Below are positions 40,778 to 53,722 of a DNA stretch of 64,000 nucleotides, piece after piece (the first letter of the stretch is position 1; the number at the start of each line of letters is the position of its first letter). The notes below the pieces were generated by a model, which saw only the letters and a program-made list of their open reading frames with translations, did not search any database and was not told the DNA's origin. The position numbers were made by a program, and so were the translations under genes. The stretch spans positions 723,660-787,659 of the forward strand of contig NW_005201392.1 of assembly GCF_000372725.1 (NCBI RefSeq), in the 5' to 3' direction. The stretch is from Emiliania huxleyi CCMP1516. Lineage: Eukaryota.

Positions 40778-42197
40778 ATGGTGGCGCCCGCTCGCGCGAG
40801 CTCGTCGCGGGCCACAGCGTCCGAGCGCCTCATGTTGATCCCAGCCATCGACAAGAGGAACACGAGTGGCTACAAGAACGTGACGTACAGCCGCAGCAAA
40901 AAGAAGTTCGAGGCGAAGGTGCACGCTGATGGCAAGCGTGTCCACCTTGGCCGCTTTGACACCGCCGAAGAGGCGGCCACCGCCTACGCTCGCTCAGAGT
41001 ACGGCCGCGCCGACGCCGCAAAGCTGCTGCAGCCTCGCCCGGCTCCCTCTGCCGCTGGCGCCGAGGCGATACTGCAGGCGGAGAGAGGGCCTCACCCTCA
41101 CCGCCAGCAGCAGCAGCAACAGCGGCTACAAGGGCGTCCGCTACTGCCCGAAGGAGCGAGGCAGCAAGAAGTACCAGCTGAGGGTGAAGGTCGACGGCAA
41201 AGATGTCCACCTAGGACGCTTCGACACCGCCGAGCAGGCGGCGCTCTTCTACGCCCGCAGGGAGGCGGGCAGGGACACCAGCGATCTCACCGCGCCACCG
41301 CCGCTGCCGCCGCCACCTGAGCCTTCCTCTGCCGCTGGCGCCGAGGCAGTCCGGCAGGTGGGGAGGGAGGGCCTTACGCTCCTGGTCACCAGCAGCAGCA
41401 GCAACAACAGCTACAGGGGCGTTTGCTACGACCCGAAGCGGGAAGGCAGCAAGAAGTACCAGCTAAAGGTGATGGTTGGCGGCAAGCAGGTCAGCCTCGG
41501 CTGGTTCGCCACCGCCGAGGAGGCGGCGCTGGCGCTTGCGCGGCACCTGTGGGACACGACCGTCCGCCTGCTCGAGCCGCAGCCGCAGCAAGCACCGCCG
41601 CAAGGCGCAGCAGGGCCTTCCGAGGCCAGCAGCTACTACTACGAGGAGGAGGACAGCTTCGACCCGACGGACATTGCCGACGCCACGGCTCTCTCGCTGC
41701 TCTCCGACCCGCCGCCTTCCGTGAGCAAGCAGCGGGCGGCGAGGTGGCAGGCGCGCGCAGCAGAGCCGGCGGCGAGGGCGGATGCTGCGGCGACGGCGGC
41801 GGCGCAGGCGGCGGCGGGGGCTGCCCCGCCATGGGACGAGGTGGAGGTGGAGGTGGAGGCGGAGAGCGACAGCGAGGAGGAGTCGGAGATGGAGGTGGAA
41901 GCGGCTGCCGCAGTTGCGGGCGTGTCCGCGGCTACAGCAGCAGAGGAGGAGGCCCTCGAGTGCGTTATTTGCTTGGACGACCTCAGCGCACACCCCGAGG
42001 CGCGTCTGCAGTCTCGCGACCCTAATGGCTGGGGCGCCACACGCTGCTGCCAGAGCCTCTTCCACTACCGCTGCCTGCACACTTGGCTCAGCGACGACAG
42101 CGAGGTCGAGACGAGCCGCGGTATGGAGCCGATAAACACGGCCTGCCCGGGCTGCCGAGGCTTCGTGTCGAAGTCGGCGTCGCGCATGCTTAGTTAG
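40778..42197 (+). CDS. Protein with three AP2 DNA-binding domains and a C-terminal RING finger; frameshift near 41083 (pseudogene or sequence error)
   Basis: Three copies of SGYKGV...HLGRFDTAEEAA.AY and a RING (CVIC...CCQSLFHYRC...W...CPGCR). The first linker lacks 2 nt compared with the second. Confidence 0.8.
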
Positions 42198-42473
42198 AGT
42201 GGGGAACACAGTAACTACGGCTTTACAGTATTCTCTTGGGTGTCTGCGGGGGGTCCGCGTTAAAGCGTGTTTGCGTGTGTGCGCGCTTTCTGAGTCAGCT
42301 TCGTTTGGGTCGCTCGAAAAACAGCTACCAATATATCGTTAGATCGGCGCGCGACTAATTAGAAGACCGAGGGCGGCGCGCCGCTGTCGAGGCCACGGAA
42401 GAGGTACTTCCAGTAGGGATCCCCACCGCTCGCCCGCGATCGCGGTTTGTTGCGTCTCTCCCGCTCTTGCTCA

Positions 42474-43983
42474 ATGGCATCCCGACCGCCGCAGTCTGCC
42501 CTCTTCCTCGAGCGCGATCCTCGCCACGCGCGTCGCCTCTCCACTGGCTGCGCACGCATCGACGCGTGCCTCGGCGGCGGCTTCGACGCGCACGGCCTCA
42601 CCGAGATTGCCGGCGCGGCGGGGACGGGCAAGACGCAGCTCGTGCTGCAGTGCATGCTGCAGGCGCAGCTGCCGCCCGCCGTCGGCGGGCTCGGCGGCGG
42701 CGCGGTCTTCCTGCACGCCGACACCCCCTCGTACCTCGCACCCATGAAGCGGCTCGAAGAGCTGTCGCACTCCTTCGCCGCCAAGCACGCAGCGCTCGGC
42801 GCGACGTCCGGGCTGCTCATGTCGTTCGTGCACGTGATGCAGCTCCACTCGGCCGACGCCCTCTGGCAGACGCTCAAGGACACCGAGTGGCTGAGGACGA
42901 AACAGGCGCTCCGTCCTTTCCCAGAGTTTCCGAGCCGCCCTCTGCCACACTCTGCCGCCGAGCCGCCTCTGCTGCTGCCGCCTCCGCCACCTTCGCCGCC
43001 CCGGCCGCCTCTGCCGCTGCCGCAGGTGCGGCTCGTTGTGATTGACTCCGTGGCCGGGCTCTTCCGCACCTCGGACGAGGAGGGAGGCTCGCGCGCCGCA
43101 GCCGCGTACGAGCGCTCCCGCCAGCTCCTCCGCCTGGCGGCGCGTCTCCGCCAGCCTCGGCCACCGACGCCGTTGACTGACGATGGATGGCCGATTGACG
43201 AGTTGTGTGCTCTAGGCGCGCCTCCGCCAGCTCTCTGACGCCTTCGACGTCGCAGTCCTCGTCGTCAACCAGGCGCGCGCCTCCCCTCGCGCCGCTCTGC
43301 AGGGGAGAGCATTCGGCGGGCTGCCGGCCGCAGACGGGCGGCCGGCACGCTCCCGCGGCCGGCGCCGGTGGCACGAGATGCGCCCGCGCCGCCGCATCCG
43401 CGCCGCCGCATCCGCGCCGCCGCATCCGCGCCGCCGCATCCGCGCCGCCGCGCCCGCGCTTGCGCGCCCGCGCCTCGCCGCCGCGCCTCTCTCTGCGGTG
43501 CGCACGACTCCCCCCCCCCCCCCCTCTGCCGCCCCTCCGCCCGTCCGCTGGCCAGGTGACCGACAAGCCGCTCGACACGCCTGCCGCCGCCTCGGTCTCT
43601 GCCGCCGAGGCGGAGGCGTGTTTGAGCGGCGGGGGCGACTCCTTGCGCGTGCCCGCTCTCGGCCTCTCCTGGCGCAGCTCGCCGCTCCGGCAACACGCGC
43701 GCCTCCGAGCCGCTCCACTGACCATGAGCTGACGCACTCGTCTCTTAGGTCGAGCTCCGTCAACACGCGCCTCCTCCTCACGCGCCACGAGCGGCCGGCG
43801 GCGGCAGAGGCGCCGCCGCTGCCGCCGTACGCGACGCACCCCGGCGCCGCACCCGTCGCGGAGGAGGGCGGCGGCGGCGGCTTGACCTTTGCGCGGGAGA
43901 TGCACGTCCTCTTCTCCCCGCGGCTGCCGCACTCGTCGTGCCGCTTCGAGGTGCGGGCGGAGGGCGTGGTCGGGGTGGGCTGA
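42474..43983 (+). CDS. XRCC3: RAD51 paralog, XRCC3-like, multi-exon
   Basis: RLSTGCARIDACLGGG, Walker A EIAGAAGTGKTQL, QLP...GGLGGGA and Walker B VRLVVIDSVAGLFR. Also VLVVNQ|VTD, PALGLSW and REMHVLFSPRLP. Confidence 0.85.
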
Positions 43984-44514
43984 GGCTGGGCCAACCAGCC
44001 TCATCTCTTGGGGGCCGCGCACGCCCAGGCGAGCGAGGAGGCGCGACCTGGGCGACTCGTACGTTTCCAGGGATGGCATCGCGTGCCATTCATGTGACGA
44101 TACTCGAACTGTGGTACTCGGTGTTGTATCTCTGTCCTATGCCGCCTGCGCATGCGTTCGTTTATTGTGGAAGACGTGTGTGAGACTCTTGAACTTGAGA
44201 TGAGAGAGATAGGATATGTCTCAGATGACACCCCATTCCTTCTCTTTTCTTCGTGCCTATGTAGAGACTGAGGGCGAGCCCTATCGATACATGCATGTGC
44301 ATGCACATGTGCACGCACACCCTTCTAGAGTGGCAGCCCTAGTGCTAGTTTTACCGCTGCCCTGCGGAATGCGTGCGAACACACATCTACTCTCTCCTGC
44401 GGGCGACGTAGCCCTCTACCTCTCCCCCAGCCCTGCAAGCCTCCGTCGGCAAGCCGGCCGGCGTGCTCTATACTTGGGCGCTCCCCTACGGGTGGCCTGC
44501 CCTCACGCCGTGGT

Positions 44515-45804
44515 CTAGAGCGGGAGCGTGCGCCGCTCCTGCCTTTGTGCGCCGCCGCCGGCCTCGGCCGCGCCCGCCGCGTCGTCGGCAGCCGCGGCGG
44601 CGGCGCGTTGCTGCCTCTTCGTGTCGAGCTTCGCCTTCACGAGCCGCTCGAGCTCTTTGCGCGGCATCTTGGAGAGGAGGCCTTCGAGCGTGGAGAGGCG
44701 GAGGGCGCGGCGGAAGCGGGCCGAGTGCTGGGGCGTCTCCTCCTCGACCACACCCTCCAGAGGGCCAAACGTGTTTACTCCCACAACAACGCGGGGCGTG
44801 TCGGCGGGCCAGCGGTGGACGTACGACGCGGCGTGCGGCAAGTCGCCGGCGGAGAGCGTGGCCTGGTTGAAGGCGTACGGCGCGTACCTCCACCCTCCGT
44901 CGCGCCCCCAGTCAGGGGTGGGCAATTTGGACGCCTCGTCCGCGGGCGGCGGCGCTAGCCGGCACTTGTAGCCGTGCGCCGCGTAGTGCTGCAGGCCCGA
45001 GAGGTGCGCTCCGAAGGTCCCGCCCTCAAAGTCCGCCGGGCCGAGCGGCGACAGCTGCAGCGTGAGGGCGTGCAGCGGAGGCCGGAGGAGCCCCGTGCGG
45101 CGGCGGTACATCTCCGCGTAGTCGACGTGGTACTCGGTCGCCGCCCCCTCCCCGCCCACCACCGACCAGACAGAGAAGCCGTGGATGCGGTCCAGATCCG
45201 GCGCGAGGAGCTCGCCCACGCCCCGAGCCCAGAGAGAGCAGAGAAGCCGCGCAGCCAGCCGCTCGACGGCCGGCTCCTCGTCGCTCGGCGAGGCGAGTTG
45301 CAGCGTCCCGTCGTTGGCAATGCCCTCGAGCCGGCAGTAGGCGCCCCACGGCCCGCCGTGCTGGCAAGAGAAGGTGTACGCCTCGACAGCCAGGGCGGCC
45401 TCTAGCGCGTCGTCCAGCCGCACCAGCTCGCGCCCGCGCCCACCTCGAGGTGCGAGCCGCTCCGAGCGGGGAGGCGGCTGCGGGAGCACGCGCGGCGCCA
45501 CGCAGGAGCACGTCGGCGGCCGGAAGCCGTCGTCGAGCGGAATCGCCGCTTGGTACGGGTCGTTGGGCGGAGGCGCGTCGCCAACGGCGGCGAGACGCTC
45601 CGGATGCACCGGCGAAAGCAGCTGGCGGCGCTCCAGAAAGCGGCGGGCAGCGGTGGAGATGGAGGTGGCGGCGGCGGAGGCGGATGAGGAGGTGGTGGCG
45701 GCGGAGGCGGCGGAAGAGGAGGTGGCGGCGGAGGTGATAACGGAGGTGGAGGTGGAGGCAGCGGCGGCGGCGGCGGCTAAAGCTTCCGGCTTGGGAGTCG
45801 CCAT
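44515..45804 (-). CDS. 2OG-Fe(II) oxygenase-like protein
   Basis: YHVD (HxD)...GG.F...FNQ...GDLPH...RVVVGVN, which is the facial-triad arrangement. Confidence 0.65.
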   Translation of the reverse strand: MATPKPEALAAAAAAASTSTSVITSAATSSSAASAATTSSSASAAATSISTAARRFLERRQLLSPVHPERLAAVGDAPPPNDPYQAAIPLDDGFRPPTCSCVAPRVLPQPPPRSERLAPRGGRGRELVRLDDALEAALAVEAYTFSCQHGGPWGAYCRLEGIANDGTLQLASPSDEEPAVERLAARLLCSLWARGVGELLAPDLDRIHGFSVWSVVGGEGAATEYHVDYAEMYRRRTGLLRPPLHALTLQLSPLGPADFEGGTFGAHLSGLQHYAAHGYKCRLAPPPADEASKLPTPDWGRDGGWRYAPYAFNQATLSAGDLPHAASYVHRWPADTPRVVVGVNTFGPLEGVVEEETPQHSARFRRALRLSTLEGLLSKMPRKELERLVKAKLDTKRQQRAAAAAADDAAGAAEAGGGAQRQERRTLPL

Positions 45805-46469
45805 GACCTGTGTTAGCGATTTCCCAGCCCCCGAAAGCGGGGGAACCTTCTTTTCTAGACCGCTAGGATTCTAGACCGCTAGGATGAAAGGGACGGCGGG
45901 CCGTACGCCCTGCCGTTCTGCGACTCCCTCGCCGACTGCCCAATCCCCCCCTCTCCCCTTCTCCAACCTCGACGAGCCGACCATGACCGTTGAGCCTCTG
46001 CCGCTCGTCGCCGTGCCGCGTACCCACCAGTGCTTTGAGGGGGAGAAGAAGGCTCGTGGCTCGTGTGACGTCGCGTGCGCTCTGTCCGCTGTCGGTCGGG
46101 GTTGATTGCCTGGTCGCCCATGCTCACACCTCCGACCTCCCGCGGGTTCCAACAAGAGATCCTGCACCCATCAGTATCGTCTATATCGACGTGGCAGTGC
46201 TCTCATCGTACATCGAGCACAACAATCAACATAATCAACATACCTAAAATATGTTTGGGGTGTGCGGGTGATCGGTGTGCGGTGTGCGGTCTGAGATTCA
46301 TTTTGCATGACTTGCGGTTGCAGCTTGCACATGCACGTGACCCCCCCGTGTTCTGTTGCCATCCTCGTGTGTTGCTCGTAGTTTTGGCTGTGTACAGACT
46401 ACAGTAGCGCCAGCGCGAACTCGCCGTCTAGGCCTCCACACACTCGTACACCCCCCCCCCCCCTTCTCC

Positions 46470-49400
46470 TCATCGCTGATCAGAATAAAGAGTCATGATC
46501 GTGTCGGTTGCGCCAGCCACGAGCAGGTTGCGCAACGGGTGGAAAGCGAGGCACGTAATGGGCGCGATGCGCGCGCCGAGAAAGCCGTCTGCGACAAGGA
46601 ATCGTGTAGTGAGTCCAAATCCCCAGGACCCCCCCCCCCCCCCCTCCCCCGGCGCGCACCAAAATATCTCACGGTCGAGAGCTCGCGCGCCCCTCCCACT
46701 CCAGAGATGTCGTACAGCTTGAGGAACTGCGAGCGGGAGCCCGAGGCAAGCAAACCAGAGGAGGGGTGCAGCGCGAGCGCCGACAGCGACGGCGACGCGT
46801 GGCGGTGCGAGTCAACCTACCGCAGCCACGACATCAGCAACGATGTTGAACAAACCCCCACCGCCCCCTCCCCACCAAAAGGCACCGGCAGCTGGCAGCG
46901 CGTCTCGCCCAGCAGCGCCGCGCTCGGCGACAGCCCGCCCCCGCCGCACCACCCACCTGGCGCCGCGTCCCCCCCCTCCCCGCCCCCCACCCCTGCTGCC
47001 CCCCCCTGAAGCCGGCGCGGGTCGACCAGCCAAATCTCCCCCGAAGCGGCGGCCGCGGCCAGCCGGCCGGCGGGCGCGGCGGGCTGGATGGAGACGGCGG
47101 AGACGGCGCCGCGCCCAACGACGAGCTGCGCCACCACCGCGGCGGCGGGCGGAGCTCGTGGGTCGAACGAGCGCACGCAACCATCCGAATAGCCAGCGGC
47201 GAGCAGCGGCGACGCCGCGTCGGCAGCAAGCGACGTGACCTGGCCGGCTGACACCGCCGGCGCGCTCAGCCGGCAGACGAGCGCCTGAGGGGCACGTCGT
47301 GGACATGTCCTGGACGTGTCGACACGGACCTGCGCTCCACGCAGGGGAGCGCCTCGTGCCGCACGTCCCACAGGCAGAGGTCGCCCGAGCCGCCCCCGGC
47401 GGCGGTGAGAGTGGCGCGTGCGGGCTGCCACGCGAGCGAGAGAGGCGAGTCCCGCAGCGACACCTGCTCACTCACCACGCCATGTGCGATGTACCACCAG
47501 AGCTCTCGCTCGCTGTGGCTCTCCCCTCACCTCGGCCGGCGCAGCCGACGCCTGCCACGCGCTGAGGAGGTGCGGCCCGTCCGCCGCCGCGTACGAGCGC
47601 CAGATGCGGACGCAGCCCTCCGACGAGCCTGCGGAAGTCGGCGGCACGGTGTGGGCCCGGGGGGAGGGGCCGTGATACCGAACCTCGACTCCTCCGCGGA
47701 CCGGCGGCGAGCGTCTCGGCGTTGACAAAGGCAGAGTCGCTGAGCAAGAGCAGCGCGCTCACGCGAGAGCCGGCAGGGTTGCCGTTCGCAAACGTCAGCA
47801 GCCGTGCGCGCCGCGCCGTGTCCCAGACGCTGATGTCCTCGCGCGCCGAGGCAGCCACCACGAGCGGCAAGGAGGCGTGCAGCGCGAGCGCCGAGCAGCG
47901 CGCCGAGGCATTCTCGAGCGTGCAGTGCTGCTCAATGACGGGCGGAGCCGCGCCTGCGCCCGCGCCGCCGCCGGCGAGCGCCGCCTCGGGCAGCATGTCC
48001 GCGACCAAGGTTCCGACCTGAGCAAAGTGGGCGGCGCCGGGGCCTCCCGCGCCGGGGTTGGCGGTGCGGGTCTGCGGCGTGGGCAAGGCAGCGGCGGCGG
48101 CGGCGGCGGCGGCAAGCGACTGCGCCGGCCCTCCCCCGACGGGCGCCGAGGCGAGGACAGCGGCAGCCGTGTCGGCATCCCAATCGTGGCCTGAGGGCAG
48201 CAGCTCGCCGCTCGCAGACAGCAGCGGGAAGCTGCGCGCGAGCCGGCGGCGCGCGTACCCGAGCAGATCCGCACACGGAGACTCGACGGCGGCGGCGGCG
48301 GCGGCGGCCGCGGCGGCGGCGGCGGCCGGGGCGGCGCCGCCGGCATCCGCGCCAAACTCGGGCTTTGCGCTGCCGGCGAGGAGGGCGACGACGGCTCGAG
48401 CGGCGGAGGCAATTCGCGGCATCGGATCGCGCGAGAGGACCGCGAGGGCGAGGCAGAGCTGGCTGCTGAGGGAGCGGGAGGCGAGGCGCGAGGAGGAGGC
48501 CGCCCCTCCCGCGTCCGCCACCTGTTGAAAGGAGAGTCTGTGGCCGGCCTGTGAGGAGACTGCACACCCTCGAGGCCCTGTCGCGACAGCCACCTCCGGA
48601 GCGGAGCGCTGCCGCTGCAGCGGACGGCCAAAGCTCCGCGGAAGCGACGGAGCCAGCGGAGACGAGCTCTGCGCGCCCAGCCCGTCGCTGCGGTCGCGTG
48701 GCGCCGGCCCGCCAGCCTCGGCGGGGCGGCTGGGCAAGGCGAACGCCGCCCTCGGCCCCGCCTTGCTCCTCGAGCCAAACTCGGCTGGGGAGCGCTCCTG
48801 CCCTGGCGAGGCGGCCTGCTCCGCGTTGACGGCCACGGGAACCGAGCCGAGCAGCGCCGCCGCCCACGCTCGCTGCTGGCTGCGCGCATCGTCCGCCGCG
48901 CCTCCGCCGCACGCACCGCCCGCGGCCCTTGGGGCGAGCGTTGACGGCGGCGACGGCGTCTCGCTCAGCAGCGCGCTGGCCCGCCCTGCGCGCCGGTGGC
49001 ACGGCACGCTCGAGGAGCCGGCGGCGGCGGGCGGCGGCGAGTTGGAGAGGGGGGAGCTCAGCCGGTCGGACCGGACCGACGCGGGGCGCGCGGCGACGGG
49101 GCTGCCGGCAGAGTGCCTAGAAGGCTCCGAGAAGATTCCGAGACGGTTCCGAAATCACGGCGGGGCTGCCCGGCAAAGCGCCTCCCCGCGCCAAACCGCT
49201 GCAAGTCGAGGTCGTTCCGAGCGCGCGCCGGGGAGGTGTCCAAGTCGTGCAGCTGCGCCGCGCCGCGCCGAAGCGCCGGCGCGTACCGCATGGCGAGCGC
49301 GCGCCTAAGAGGGTGCCGAGAAGGCTATGGGAAGGGACCGGCACGTGCGCGCCGCGGGGCGAGAGAGCGCGCAGCAAACGGCAGAGCTGTGCGCGCACGA

Positions 49401-52400
49401 GCGTCGAGCCGTCGCGCTGCGCGCGGAGCGCGTATGCGCCGAGCTGCATCCGCCACTCGCTCGTGCACTCGGCCGCGCCCTCCTCGCCGCCGCTCCCGCC
49501 CTCGAAGCCCGCCGCACCGCCGCCGGGGAGCGACCCGTCGCCGTTTGCGGCCGCGCGCAACTCAGCGGCCGCGTCGCCGGCGGCCGGCAGCGGAGAGCCG
49601 CCGTTTGTGCCCGCCTCGCCGGCAGAGGCGGCCGCAGCCGCAGCCGCCGCCGAGCGAGGCAGCGTCGCGAGGGCAGTCATCGCATGGAGCGCCGCGGCGC
49701 GCACCACCGGCTCGGGCCTAGAGGAGAGACTCCGAGAGGCTCGCAGGGAGAGGGTCGTGGAGCGGCGAAACGCGCACGGCCGGCTCGCACCTCGACACGA
49801 GCTGCGCGAGCAAGCGGGGCAAATCCGCCTCGGCCGCCCGCGCCTGCGCCTCGGCATTGCCATCACACAAGCGCGCCGCGCACAGGCAGCTCCACCAGAG
49901 CAGCCTAAGGGAGGGCGTGTCAAAAGCTCATGGGAGGCTCCGGGAAAGCGCACAGGCAGCTACACCAGAGCAGCCGGCTCTCTGCGGCGGCCGCCGGGGC
50001 GCCCGACGAAGCGGAGGAGCGGGTCGGGCGGGCCGCGGAGGAGGAGGAGTCGTGGCGGCGGCCCGGCGAGGCGGTGGTGGTGGCGGTGGGAGGAGCCTCT
50101 CCGGCGGCGGCGGCGGCGGCTGCTGCGGCGGGCGGAGTGAGCGGCGGCACGGACGCCTTTGGCTGCAATAGGACCGGCCCGGGGGAGCGCGCCTCTGCCC
50201 CCTCCCGTGCGGGGGCGCTCCTCGCCGGCATCGACGCGACGGCGCGGAGCGGCGGCGGCGCGGGCGGCGCGGGCGGCACGTGGAGGCGGGGCGGGGCGGG
50301 GTGGCCGCCCTGCTGGAAGAGGGTCGGCGCGGAGTGGCGGGTGGAGGGGAGGAGGTGGCGGATCACGTCGGCCAGGCGGCGCTCGAGCCCGAGCTTGAGG
50401 CACGCCGCCTGCCCCGCCTCGAGCCGGTCGCAAATCTCGGTGAGCACAAAGAGCGCGAGCACCGACGAGAGCGGCGCGGAGAGCGGCAGAGAGCCCTCCT
50501 GCTGCCCCGGAGGCCCGCCCGCGCCTCCGCTCGGGCTGTCGCCGGCGCTGAGGGCCCGGGCGGCGGGGGCGGCGGGCCTCCTAGGCGAGTGGTGCGCGCG
50601 GAGGAGGTCGACGAAGAAGCAGTGCGCCTGTGGTGGATGAGGAGCCGGGTCCGCTGTGAATGGGTAGCTAGTGAGTCCGTTGAGGCTGCGCCTGGTGGTT
50701 GAGCAGCTCGATCCGCGTCGAGCGGTCGTAGAGCATCGTGGCGGCCCACATGTACAGCAGCGGCGTGCTCAGCTCGGCCGTCGGCGAGGAGGAGAGCAGC
50801 TTGAGCACGTAGGGGAAGATGCCGACGCCGAGCGTCTCCCGCACCTCCATAGAGAGACGTGGCCTTTGGGTGGGGCCGAGCTCAAGGCTGTGTGAGCAGC
50901 GTCTCCCGCACCGCAAAGGGGCCGAGGGAGACGTAGCGGCCGAGCAGGAGCAAAGAGGCGTAGCGGTGCGTCGGAGAGAGCAGCACCTGCAGCAGGATGG
51001 GCAGCTGCTCCGGCGCCGCCGCATCCGCCGCGCCGCGCGAGAGCCAAACCTGATTCGTAATTGGAGGGAGGTGACTCAAAGCATTCGTCAAGGCCCGCCG
51101 CGCCGCGCGAGAGCGAGACTTCGAAGGCTGTGAGCTGCTCGGTGAAGAAGGAGGAGGGTGGCACCTGATTGGTCCATCCATGGAGTCATCCACAAAGCTG
51201 TGAGCTGCTCGGTGAAGAAGGAGGAGGGCGGCACCGCCGGCGGAGAGGGAGAGCAGGACGGGCCGCCAGGCCGTGCGAGGCCGGCACCGCCCTCCGGGCT
51301 CGCGCCTGAGGCGCCTCGCTCGTCGCCCGCGGCTGCGCTGGGCACTCGGGACGGCGGCGGCGCTGCTGCGGCGAGCTGGGTGAGGATGGCCTGCGAGACG
51401 TGTCATGGACGTGTCATGGACGTGTCATGGACGTGTCATGGACCGCCAGGCGAGCTGGGCCTCGGCGGCGAGGTCCCAGGCGCCCCACAGCGGGTGACCG
51501 TGCGCCTAGAACACATCCATGACACGTCCGTGACGCGTCCACGACACGTGTCCCGCGGCGGCTGGCCGTGCGCCTCTGGCAGCGGCGGCGAGGAGATTGG
51601 GTGGAGGTCATACCGCGCAAACACGCGCTGCGCGAGGAGAAAGTTGCGGCAGAGCGAGGCGAGGAGCATGTCCTGCCGATGCACACGCGAGGAGTGAGCT
51701 CTTTGGACGAGTTGCAGCTGCGGCAGAGGGAGCGAGGAGCTGTCCTGGCGGAAGAGGCGGCGGAAGAGGTCGCGCGGGAGAGTGGCCCACGCGATGGCGT
51801 CGGTCACCGCCGTGAAGATCCAGTTGAGCTCCCCGGCAGGCGTGCGCCGCTCCGACGGCGAGCCAGGCACCCTGCGACGAGGACGCGCCGAGATGCGCCG
51901 AGATGCGCCGAGATGCGCCGAGATGCCAAGCGAGGCGCGCCTCTCGAGCAGCTCGTCGGGCAGCGCCACGAGGCCATCGCGCCGGACGAACGAGAGGGCG
52001 ACGCGGAGCGGCGAGGTGAGGCAGGCGGTGAAGAGGTCGGCGGGCAGCTCCGGAGAGGTTGGCAGCTCCTCGTGCGCGGCGCAGGCAGAGAGCACGATCA
52101 CGTCGTGGCCGACTTTGGGCGCCGCCTCGCCCGCCCGCCCCATCGCGGCGAGCGCCTGAGGATCGCAGACACATGTCAACGGGACAGCACACGAGTGCCA
52201 GCCCTCCCCTTCGGGCGGCGCCTCGTTCAGCCGCCCCGCGTTGTGGCAGTCAAAGACGAGGACGCACGGCGTGCCGAGCCACGAGAGCAGGTCGAGGATC
52301 GAGACGGGGTGGTACTGGGTGAAGGTGCGGTTGAAGAGCCAGACCTAGCGAGGGAGGACGAGTCGTCCACTCCAGCTGCTCCGGGAGTGAAGCTGCGCGG

Positions 52401-52861
52401 TGGAAGAGCCAGACCTCCCCGTTGACTGTCGGCCGCGGCACGCCGTGACCGTTAAAGTGGAGCAGCAGCCGCTCGTCGCGGCCGGGACTCGCGCGGCGCA
52501 GCGAGGCGCACCACTTCCGCACCTCCTGCGCCGTCGGGTCCAGGCACGCCCGCACGGTCTTCGTGCCGCGCGGCTGCCACTGCTCGTACTGCTGCTGGAG
52601 CGCAGTCGCGATCGCCTCGATCGCCTTCTGGCCCGCGACCGGCCCGGCGAGCGGGTCGAGCCAGCACTCGAGCCTCGCGCACGGCGTCGGCTTGGTCACG
52701 TCGGGCGGGTCGACGCCAATGTTGAGCGCCAACACGAGCACGAGCGACGGAGTCTTCATCCGCTCGCGCATCCGCCACGCGGAGATCTCGTCGCCGCGCT
52801 CCTCGCCAGGCCATCCGCCCTCGTCCGGCAGCGCGAGCAGCAGCTGGTGCTCGTGCAGCAT
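46470..52861 (-). CDS. RPTOR: RAPTOR/KOG1 (TORC1 scaffold), many introns
   Basis: RNC domain: WRMRERMKT, LNIGVDPPDV, ARLECW, HFNGHGVPRPT, LPADLFTACLT, GELNWIFTAVTDAIAW, EQLPILLQVLLS and VGIFPYVLKLL. C-terminal WD40 repeats end CLAFHP. Confidence 0.95.
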
Positions 52862-53269
52862 CCGGGCGGACACGCGAATCGGCCCTAGCACTGCTGCCGA
52901 CCGCGAGCCGGTGGCCTCGCGTGTGCGTGTATCGTGTGTGTGCCCGCCTGGAACATACTGTTTACATATTACAAGAAAAGATGGCCTTTCTCATCACTGC
53001 CCTGGCCGCTGGCGCGCCCCCACGAGAGGCACTGGTGGTCTCTGGTGCACGGTGTCGCGTGCGTCGGTGTGCTCGGTCCGGCGGGTCGGCGTCGGGTCGG
53101 CGCGATAACCGCATCGGAAAAAGCGTGCAGGAGCGAGCGGGACCGAGAAAAAGAAAGAACGAAACCCCAAGGATGGGAGGACGGCACGCCGCCGCAGATG
53201 GATTACTTTATTTTATGGCCCCAGCTTCGGTACCCGTACCCCCCAGGTCAGGGCTCTCTAGCCACGCCC

Positions 53270-53722
53270 ATGAAGGCTGCTGTGATGTACATCCTGCTCA
53301 TTGTGGCAGCATCGCCTAGTGTGATATGTTTTGCGACATCTGACGCCTTTTTGGCGTGCGAAGCCCAGCTCCTCGGCGGGGTATACCAGACGGTCAACAA
53401 CGTCATCGATTTGGACAAGAACGGCATCATCAGCAAGGAGGAATTCGTCACGAGCGACAAAGATGGCGATGGGCAGCTGACGATCAAGGAGGCTGACGTC
53501 GATGCGCAGCTGATCAGCACCTCGAGCTCGACTTCCTGCAAGGAGGTTGACGTCGATGACTTTTCGGTGGTGTACAGGATGGAGGGCGATGATGTTGTGA
53601 GCTCGATCGAGTTCGATGGCGCCCCCCGCTTGGGCTTCCTCCGCTGTTGCAACTGCGTGGGGCCCGTGTGCCCCATGGCCGCTATCAATCTCTGGATGGC
53701 TTTGTGGCCCTGCTGCGATTAA
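53270..53722 (+). CDS. Small secreted acidic EF-hand protein
   Basis: Signal peptide MKAAVMYILLIVAA, EF loops DLDKNGIISKEE and DKDGDGQLTIKE, and a Cys-rich C-terminus. Confidence 0.7.
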   Translation: MKAAVMYILLIVAASPSVICFATSDAFLACEAQLLGGVYQTVNNVIDLDKNGIISKEEFVTSDKDGDGQLTIKEADVDAQLISTSSSTSCKEVDVDDFSVVYRMEGDDVVSSIEFDGAPRLGFLRCCNCVGPVCPMAAINLWMALWPCCD

